Part shown: one piece after another, positions 57,635-64,000 of the stretch
Layout: every line of letters begins with the position of its first letter
How positions within the stretch are numbered: the stretch's first letter is position 1
Assembly: GCA_945892775.1 (NCBI GenBank)
Contig: CAMDDP010000003.1
Location: 9,432-73,431 of the forward strand
From: Chitinophaga pinensis
GTDB taxonomy: Bacteria > Bacteroidota > Bacteroidia > Chitinophagales > UBA10324
Direction of reading: 5' to 3'
Length of the DNA: 64,000 nucleotides
Position numbers and translations under genes: made by a program
The notes under the pieces: generated by a model
What the model saw: the letters and a program-made list of their open reading frames with translations, nothing else
Databases searched by the model: none
Told to the model about the DNA's origin: nothing

Positions 57635-59269
57635 ATGATAATATTAACTCACATTCTGTCACTTCTTACTATATTTTTTTATTCTGAACCAATGAAATTA
57701 AAAGCAGACCTTTTATTATTTAATGCCCGTATTTATACTATATCACCTAACAATACCATAGTTGAAGCAATGGCTATTGATAAGGGGAAAATCATTTTCA
57801 TTGGAACAACGGCACAGGTTAAAGAGCAATACACATCAGTAAACGAAATTAATTTAGAAGGTAAACCCGTATTTCCAGGACTTATAGATGCCCATTGTCA
57901 TTTTTATGGTTATGGTCAACAGTTAAAGCGAGTGACCTTAGTTGGCACTAAGAGTTGGGTTGAAGTGGTAAGCAAGGTGAAAGAATTTGCTCAAACCAAT
58001 AAATCAACATGGATACAAGGCCTTGGCTGGGATCAAAATGATTGGATGATAAAAGAATTTCCATCCAATGATTTATTGAATCAGGCTTTTCCTGACCAAC
58101 CGGTCTTTATAAAACGAATTGATGGTCATGCTGCAATTGCAAATAATACCGCTTTGAAACTTGCAGGCTTCACCATTTCAACAAAAATTGCAGGCGGTGA
58201 ATTGAAGATAAAAAATGGAAACCTAACCGGTATATTAGTTGATAAGGCAATGGATAGCTTGGAAAAATCTATTCCAATACCAATGAAAGAAGAAATGATA
58301 GAATCATTACTAGCAGCACAAGAAAAATGTTTTGCCGTGGGACTCACTACCGTTTCTGATGCCGGATTGAATAAAGAAGTAATTGATGTTATTGACTCAC
58401 TTCAGCAGCAAAGTTTGTTGAAGATGCGTGTTTATGCAATTCTCAATGATAATGAGGTAAACAGAAATTATTATTATGAACATGGCACTTATAAAACGGA
58501 ACGACTCAATGTTCGTGCATTTAAATTTTATGCTGATGGTGCATTAGGGTCGCGGGGTGCTTTATTAAAAAAGCCATACAACGATGACCTGAAAAATAAT
58601 GGATTATTATTAAACCCTGCTAGCTACTTCACGCGCAAATTTGCTGAATGCGAGGCTCTTGGGTTTCAGATTTGCACTCATTGCATTGGCGATTCAGCTA
58701 ACAAATTAATACTGGATTTATACGGTAAAATTTTAAAAGGCAAAAACATGAAGCGTTGGCGCATTGAGCATGCTCAGATATTATCTCCTGCTGATATGAA
58801 ATTGTTTGAAAGTTATAACGTAATACCATCCATACAACCTTGCTTCACCACCAGCGATATGTACTGGATTGAAACACGAATTGGCAAAAATAGAATGAAC
58901 GGCGCTTACAGTTGGAATAGCTTGTTGGAACAAACTGGCATTCTTGCCTCTGGTAGCGATTTCCCTATTGAAGATATCAATCCGCTGTTTGGATTTTTTG
59001 CCGCAATAACTCGTATGGACCAAAAACTTTTTCCCTCTGGAGGATTTATGCCATCAGAAAAATTAACTCGAGATGCAGCATTAAAAGGGATGACCACATG
59101 GGCGGCCTATGCTAATTTTAGTGAAGATGAAACTGGAAGTTTAACTGTTGGAAAGTATGCTGATTTTGTAGTGCTCGATAATGATATTATGACCATCCCA
59201 GCTGAAGAAACTTTTAAAACAAAAGTGATTATGACTTTTGTAAATGGCGAAATGGTTTATAAAAAGTAG
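57635..59269 (+). CDS. amidohydrolase family protein (Amidohydro_3, YtcJ-like)
   Basis: Metal-binding 'PGLIDAHCHF', 'HCIGD', 'RIEHAQ' and 'GSDFP', typical of this metal-dependent hydrolase family. Confidence 0.8.
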   Translation: MIILTHILSLLTIFFYSEPMKLKADLLLFNARIYTISPNNTIVEAMAIDKGKIIFIGTTAQVKEQYTSVNEINLEGKPVFPGLIDAHCHFYGYGQQLKRVTLVGTKSWVEVVSKVKEFAQTNKSTWIQGLGWDQNDWMIKEFPSNDLLNQAFPDQPVFIKRIDGHAAIANNTALKLAGFTISTKIAGGELKIKNGNLTGILVDKAMDSLEKSIPIPMKEEMIESLLAAQEKCFAVGLTTVSDAGLNKEVIDVIDSLQQQSLLKMRVYAILNDNEVNRNYYYEHGTYKTERLNVRAFKFYADGALGSRGALLKKPYNDDLKNNGLLLNPASYFTRKFAECEALGFQICTHCIGDSANKLILDLYGKILKGKNMKRWRIEHAQILSPADMKLFESYNVIPSIQPCFTTSDMYWIETRIGKNRMNGAYSWNSLLEQTGILASGSDFPIEDINPLFGFFAAITRMDQKLFPSGGFMPSEKLTRDAALKGMTTWAAYANFSEDETGSLTVGKYADFVVLDNDIMTIPAEETFKTKVIMTFVNGEMVYKK

Positions 59270-59278
59270 AATCCTTTT

Positions 59279-60202
59279 TTATTTTCTCCCGCTTAATAAA
59301 TAAAGAGCAGCCATACGAATAGCGACACCATTTTCGACCTGATCAAGAATGATGGAGTGACTGCTATCGGCAACATCACTGGTAATTTCAACACCCCGGT
59401 TAATTGGCCCAGGGTGCATGATTATAATTTCTTTTTTGAGTGAATCAATCAACGGCTTATTAATACCGAAGTACAAAGCGTATTCGCGTAGGGAAGGAAA
59501 ATATTTTATATCCTGCCGCTCTAATTGTATGCGCAACACGTTTGCCACATCGCACCATTCAAGTGCTTTCCTTAAATTGTATTCAATTTTTACTCCAAGT
59601 GATTCAATGAAAGTGGGCATAAGTGTGGGCGGACCAACAAGCATAACTTCGGCACCTAATTTCTTTAAGCAATAAATATTTGAGAGTGCCACGCGGCTGT
59701 GACGGATATCGCCGATGATGCAGATTTTTTTTCCTTTTATACTTCCTAATTTTTCTCTAATGGAATAAGCATCGAGCAATGCCTGTGTGGGATGTTCATG
59801 AGTGCCGTCTCCAGCATTGATGATACTGGCATTAATGTGACGAGATAAAAACATTGGTGCACCTGGGGCGGGATGGCGCATGACCACCATGTCGACTTTC
59901 ATGGCAAGAATATTATTGACCGTATCAATGAGTGTTTCCCCCTTACTGACTGAAGATGAACTTGCACTAAAGTTAACAATATCAGCACTCAATCTTTTTT
60001 CAGCAAGTTCAAACGATATGCGTGTACGAGTGCTATTCTCGAAAAATAAATTCACTACAGTAGTATCTCGAAGTGTAGGAACTTTTTTGATTGGCCGATT
60101 AATAACTTCTTTGAAGCTATCTGCCGTTTTAAAAATGAGTTCAATATCGTCAACAGTTAAATACTTTATACCAAGTAAATGTTTAACGCTGAGTGAACTC
60201 AT
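59279..60202 (-). CDS. pyrB: aspartate carbamoyltransferase catalytic subunit
   Basis: 'NLFFENSTRTRISFELA', 'HPTQALLD' and 'HPGPINRGVEI' are ATCase signature blocks. Overlaps pyrR by 4 nt. Confidence 0.95.
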   Translation of the reverse strand: MSSLSVKHLLGIKYLTVDDIELIFKTADSFKEVINRPIKKVPTLRDTTVVNLFFENSTRTRISFELAEKRLSADIVNFSASSSSVSKGETLIDTVNNILAMKVDMVVMRHPAPGAPMFLSRHINASIINAGDGTHEHPTQALLDAYSIREKLGSIKGKKICIIGDIRHSRVALSNIYCLKKLGAEVMLVGPPTLMPTFIESLGVKIEYNLRKALEWCDVANVLRIQLERQDIKYFPSLREYALYFGINKPLIDSLKKEIIIMHPGPINRGVEITSDVADSSHSIILDQVENGVAIRMAALYLLSGRK

Positions 60203-60768
60203 TCTTTATCGGTTTTAGGTATAATCCAGATTTTATCTTGTCCTTCTTTTTCTTTCCACTCCACTTTTACTTTTTCACTACTGATACTGTCGATACTCTT
60301 TCCTACATAATCGGGTTGAATGGGTAGGTGTCGAGTGAATCTTCTATCAACGAGCACTAAGAGTTCTACTTTTTCGGCGCGTCCAAAATCGAGCAATGCA
60401 TCCATTGCCGCACGAATGGTACGGCCGGAATACAGCACATCATCCACGAGCACTATTTTTTTTCCTTCCACCATAAAATCAATTTCGGTTTGTGATGGGG
60501 TGAGTTGTTTTTCTGAAGAACGAAAATCATCTCTATAAAAAGTAGGATCTATGATTCCAAAAACGATTTCTTTTTTTAACAGTACTGATAAACGGATTTG
60601 AATTCTTTTGGCTAAAACAATTCCTCGGGGCTGCACTCCAATAATAATTGAGTTTGAAAAATCGCCGTGAACTTCAATTAACTGCCTACACAATCTTTCA
60701 ATAGTGAAAGAAAATTTTTCAGGCGTGAGTATTATGCGAGGCTGCAAAAGTTGAACAGATTTGGGCAA
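60199..60768 (-). CDS. pyrR: bifunctional pyrimidine operon regulator / uracil phosphoribosyltransferase PyrR
   Basis: PRPP-binding 'IVLVDDVLYSGRTIRAA', 'GRAEKVELLVLVDR' and a family-typical length. No ATG is available. Candidate starts are TTG at 60768 or TTG at 60747 (see findings). Confidence 0.85.
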   Translation of the reverse strand: MPKSVQLLQPRIILTPEKFSFTIERLCRQLIEVHGDFSNSIIIGVQPRGIVLAKRIQIRLSVLLKKEIVFGIIDPTFYRDDFRSSEKQLTPSQTEIDFMVEGKKIVLVDDVLYSGRTIRAAMDALLDFGRAEKVELLVLVDRRFTRHLPIQPDYVGKSIDSISSEKVKVEWKEKEGQDKIWIIPKTDKE

Positions 60769-60794
60769 ATATAATGAGGAGAAGCAAGTATCAA
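60766..60794 (-). promoter_or_regulatory. candidate promoter of pyrR-pyrB (TTG-N18-TAtaTTTG)
   Basis: On the minus strand: TTG at 60794-60792, an 18-nt spacer, and an exact TAnnTTTG at 60773-60766. The last three bases coincide with the longest-ORF TTG start. Confidence 0.4.
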
Positions 60795-60825
60795 GACAGA
60801 AGTATCAAGATTTGTATTTTCCTTC

Positions 60826-62484
60826 CTAATTTTTTATCACTTTCTCGAAATACAATCCTCTGCTAGTTGTAATCTTCAGCATGTAAACTCCAGCTGATAG
60901 TTTTGTGGTATTAATTGCTAATTCGTTAAACCCATTAGAGGCAAATGAACATAGTTCGTGAATTAACCTTCCAGACATATCAATGAATTGAATAAAAACC
61001 TCTTCACTGATTTTTGATTTTAAATTAAATTTTATTTCATCAGAAAAAACAGTTGGATAAATAATTATTGAATCAGTTGACAAAAGACTTTGCTCATTAA
61101 AACCACTTAATAGCAAATCAGCATAAGCGAAATTGGGTATGCCATAGCCAATGTTATTATCGGGATTCGAATATTTTGATGCGCTTCCACGAATTGCATC
61201 CATGATTTGCCAGTTTGTTTTATTCGGATGCGATTGCCATAAGCACGCGACTAAACCTGCAATGAGCGGACAAGAAAACGAGGTGCCGTTTCCTTCTCTT
61301 ACTGTTCCGAAGTTAGTATCAATGAACCAAGTTGATTCACCTCGGCCAACCACATCAGGTTTTATTCTTCCATCAAAAGTGGGGCCATGCCCACTGAACA
61401 TTGCATAATTATTTGCGCTATCAATAGCTCCTATTGTCAAAATATTATCAGCATCAGAGGGTGCAGTTATAAATCGCCAAGTGCTATCACTTCCGCTGTT
61501 ACCTGCGCTGTTACATACAATTATTCCCTTTGTAGAGGCAATGTGCGCCGCAATAGATGATGGCGTTTTTTGGCCATCCATATCATAGAATGTATGATTG
61601 AAAGAAGTATCGTCGAATACGCTGTATCCAAGTGAACTGGTGATTACATCAGCTCCAATACTATCGGCAAACTCCGCCCCTGCCGCCCAATTAATTTCTT
61701 CAATGGGATATTCAGTTGGAGCATACTCTGTTCTTAGCAAAACAAAATCAGCATTGGGAGCAGTACCTACATAGTAACCGGGTATATTCCCTGCAACAAT
61801 AGAAAGACAGTAAGTCCCATGATTGTCATCATCAAATACTGAATCGTTTGCGGTTATAAAATCATGAGTAGCAATAATTCCATTTCGGTTTCGGAGCGAA
61901 TCAAAAGCGGAAATTAAATCGACATTGTGAAAACCTGCATCCAGATACGCGATTAACATTCCATTTCCTTTAAATCCTTTATTGTGCAATGATTGTCCAT
62001 GAACCTGATTAATCTGGTCGAAAGCAAAACCATAATAATTATCAGGATCACATTCTGTTTTAAATTGAGAATTGAGTGAAGTAATAATGTGATTTTGTGG
62101 TGAAGCAATTTTTCCAAGTGGACTAACCGATTTAACAAATGGAAATGAATTAATTTTTATTAAGGCAAGTGAGTCAGCCGTTAAAACTGTAACAGAGTTT
62201 AACCATTTAGAAGAATACAAAACTGAAACACCCGTACTTTTTACACTATCAATATAAGATATGGTAACAGGTAAATCCAAAGTATCTATTATAATATTTT
62301 GCTTTTCGCGACGCTCAATAGCTTTAGCCGATAAATATTCGTGCGGCTGAGAAATAAAAAAAGAATTATTATTCTTATCAGTAAATTGAATTTGATAACG
62401 ATAAAAATTAGTTGTTTGCGAGTATGAAAAAATAAAGTTGAATAGCAAAAAATTAAAAACAAAAAATGAAAATATTTTCTTCAT
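60826..62484 (-). CDS. S8 family (subtilisin-like) serine peptidase with T9SS C-terminal sorting domain
   Basis: Catalytic triad contexts 'IAYLDAGF' (Asp), 'HGTYCLSIVAG' (His) and 'GTSFSCPLIAG' (Ser). C-terminal 'IIYPTVFSDEIKF...GVYMLKITTSRGLYFEKVIKN'. ATG at 62484. Confidence 0.85.
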   Translation of the reverse strand: MKKIFSFFVFNFLLFNFIFSYSQTTNFYRYQIQFTDKNNNSFFISQPHEYLSAKAIERREKQNIIIDTLDLPVTISYIDSVKSTGVSVLYSSKWLNSVTVLTADSLALIKINSFPFVKSVSPLGKIASPQNHIITSLNSQFKTECDPDNYYGFAFDQINQVHGQSLHNKGFKGNGMLIAYLDAGFHNVDLISAFDSLRNRNGIIATHDFITANDSVFDDDNHGTYCLSIVAGNIPGYYVGTAPNADFVLLRTEYAPTEYPIEEINWAAGAEFADSIGADVITSSLGYSVFDDTSFNHTFYDMDGQKTPSSIAAHIASTKGIIVCNSAGNSGSDSTWRFITAPSDADNILTIGAIDSANNYAMFSGHGPTFDGRIKPDVVGRGESTWFIDTNFGTVREGNGTSFSCPLIAGLVACLWQSHPNKTNWQIMDAIRGSASKYSNPDNNIGYGIPNFAYADLLLSGFNEQSLLSTDSIIIYPTVFSDEIKFNLKSKISEEVFIQFIDMSGRLIHELCSFASNGFNELAINTTKLSAGVYMLKITTSRGLYFEKVIKN

Positions 62485-62600
62485 AAAGAACCCTCGAAAG
62501 ATTTTATTGGCTATCAAATAAACGATAAACTAAATGAATTATTGAACGATTAAAAACCCTTCATTTGAATCCATTGGATAAATACAATAAATAGAAAAAA

Positions 62601-63308
62601 TTAATGGATTTCTTTTGCAATCATTGTCACTTTAGTTCCTTTTTCGGGATTGGTCCACGGAGTACTTACATTCTGTTTTGACACATGTTCCTGAATACGA
62701 TAAACCAATCCTAAATTTTTTGCATAAACTTCTTGCTCCAAATCTTTTTCAATCAAATTTTCGTTATCTAGTTCCGATACAGTCACTGTAGAATCAAAAG
62801 TTAAACCATTTTGAAATTTTCCTACATGAACTTCTGAATATTTATATTCCCAATCAAAATAATTTTCCAATCCATTTGAGGTATCAATGTATTGGTTGCC
62901 ACTCCATTTAGCACCATCGTTTATTGGAAAAATCATTTTTACAAATCGAAGATTTTCCTCAGTTTTTTCAGCACGACTTTTATTCACTGTTGCGCTCCAT
63001 TCATTAATCTCAAACCAAATAAGCGTATCGTTCGCCCTACGATATCGATTGATTATAAAAGTAATTCCACCAGTACTATCAGCGAATGATGAACTTATTA
63101 CTTCTTTAATTTGAAAGTGAGTTGTGTCACTTGTCATTGTTACATCGTTGTAATTAATACTATCGACATCATAAATTATATAACGACCTAACTGTAATGG
63201 AAAATATTTTACACTTTCATCACTAGTCGGAGTAATCGGGACTTTTCTACAAGAATAAATCAAGAAAATAAAAAAACCGAAAGCCAACAGTTTACTTTTA
63301 AATTTCAT
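62601..63308 (-). CDS. hypothetical lipoprotein
   Basis: Lipobox 'LIYSC' after 'MKFKSKLLAFGFFIF'. No recognised family. Confidence 0.45.
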   Translation of the reverse strand: MKFKSKLLAFGFFIFLIYSCRKVPITPTSDESVKYFPLQLGRYIIYDVDSINYNDVTMTSDTTHFQIKEVISSSFADSTGGITFIINRYRRANDTLIWFEINEWSATVNKSRAEKTEENLRFVKMIFPINDGAKWSGNQYIDTSNGLENYFDWEYKYSEVHVGKFQNGLTFDSTVTVSELDNENLIEKDLEQEVYAKNLGLVYRIQEHVSKQNVSTPWTNPEKGTKVTMIAKEIH

Positions 63309-63350
63309 AGTTATTGTTTAACGAAGTGAAAAAATAATTATTCCTGCTAA

Positions 63351-64000
63351 CTATAGATCAAAACTCTTTTGAATTATTCCACCTCCCACCAAATCATTTC
63401 CATCATAAAATACAGCTGATTGTCCCGGAGCAATTCCTTTTACCTCTTTCAAAAATTCGGTACGAATATTTTTATCATGATTGAATAAAATAGCTGGTGC
63501 ACCACTATCCTTGTAACGAATTTTTGCATTCACCTCCATTCCATCAGTTATAGAATTATATTTCACTAAATTAATACCACCAACCATCATTCCCGTTCTA
63601 TTTAATTCTCCCTCTTCTCCTAATACAACGGTATTTTTTTCTGGATTAATATCGGTCACAAACATAGGTTTACCCAATGCAATTTTTAATCCTTTGCGTT
63701 GCCCTATTGTGTAAAAAGGATAACCATCATGCTGACCGACAATAGTCCCATCAGCTAGAACAAAATTTCCACCCTTCACTTTTTCTTCAAGGCCATCGAC
63801 TCTGCGTTTTAAAAATCCGCGGTAATCGTTATCAGGTATAAAACAGATTTCATAACTCTCACTTTTTTTTGCTAGCTCTTTATACCCCCACTCTTCACAC
63901 ATTTGCCTGATTTCAGTTTTCTTAAATCCACCCAATGGGAAACGGGTAATATTCAAAACCGGTTGAGTTAAACCCCATAATACATAAGATTGATCTTTCC
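63351..64000 (-). CDS. mnmA: tRNA 2-thiouridine(34) synthase MnmA, C-terminal part (5' end outside window)
   Basis: The frame stays open upstream of the ORF-track TTG to the window edge, reading '...KDQSYVLWGLTQPVLNITRFPLGGFKKTEIRQM...'. 'KDQSYxL' and 'FPLG' are conserved MnmA blocks. Confidence 0.9.
   Translation of the reverse strand, partial: KDQSYVLWGLTQPVLNITRFPLGGFKKTEIRQMCEEWGYKELAKKSESYEICFIPDNDYRGFLKRRVDGLEEKVKGGNFVLADGTIVGQHDGYPFYTIGQRKGLKIALGKPMFVTDINPEKNTVVLGEEGELNRTGMMVGGINLVKYNSITDGMEVNAKIRYKDSGAPAILFNHDKNIRTEFLKEVKGIAPGQSAVFYDGNDLVGGGIIQKSFDL

Noticed and set aside
1-64000. Looked for CRISPR arrays, transposases, integrases, phage modules, toxin-antitoxin pairs and known defence-system signatures (nuclease, helicase or ATPase clusters)
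   Set aside because: None found. There are no regularly spaced direct repeats and no recombinase or transposase motifs in any ORF. No tRNA-adjacent island is evident either: tRNA-His is flanked by a MATE transporter gene and the SOD gene.

Overview
This window looks like a chromosomal segment from a low-GC member of the Bacteroidota. Evidence: hand-counted GC is mostly 25-45%; eight proteins carry T9SS C-terminal sorting domains; there is a TonB-dependent receptor/DUF4249 pair; several gene starts have TTG-N18/19-TAnnTTTG promoter motifs; Shine-Dalgarno sequences are absent. I call 52 CDS, two of them cut by the window edges (valS on the left, mnmA on the right). I also call tRNA-His(GTG), the RNase P RNA (rnpB), a set of intrinsic terminators and a few promoter motifs. 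The content is mostly housekeeping genes (ahcY, fabI, ettA, pyrR-pyrB, folB, a gcdH-like gene, a yebC-family gene) mixed with secreted or surface proteins. I found no CRISPR array, transposase, integrase, phage gene or recognisable defence gene, and I cannot claim a clearly novel multi-gene system. The most unusual locus is a ~6.7-kb block at 20345-27087. It holds an ECF sigma factor, a zf-HC2 anti-sigma factor and a divergently transcribed 1456-aa alpha-2-macroglobulin/TEP-like protein with an intact CFEQ thioester motif. The codon usage and GC of this block look foreign to the flanks. Secondary observations: redox enzymes (a glutathione-peroxidase fold and a thioredoxin fold) fused to T9SS sorting domains; a tandem pair of ~710-aa type-B T9SS paralogues sharing an uncharacterised N-terminal domain; a Tat-signal Fe/Mn superoxide dismutase divergent from a copper-type P1B ATPase; a small Cys-containing lipoprotein next to a MauE/DoxX-thioredoxin fusion; a 452-bp ORF-free gap with a structured hairpin element; and rnpB starting 3 nt after an Smr-domain gene. 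All family assignments come from motif recognition by eye and are unverified by any search.
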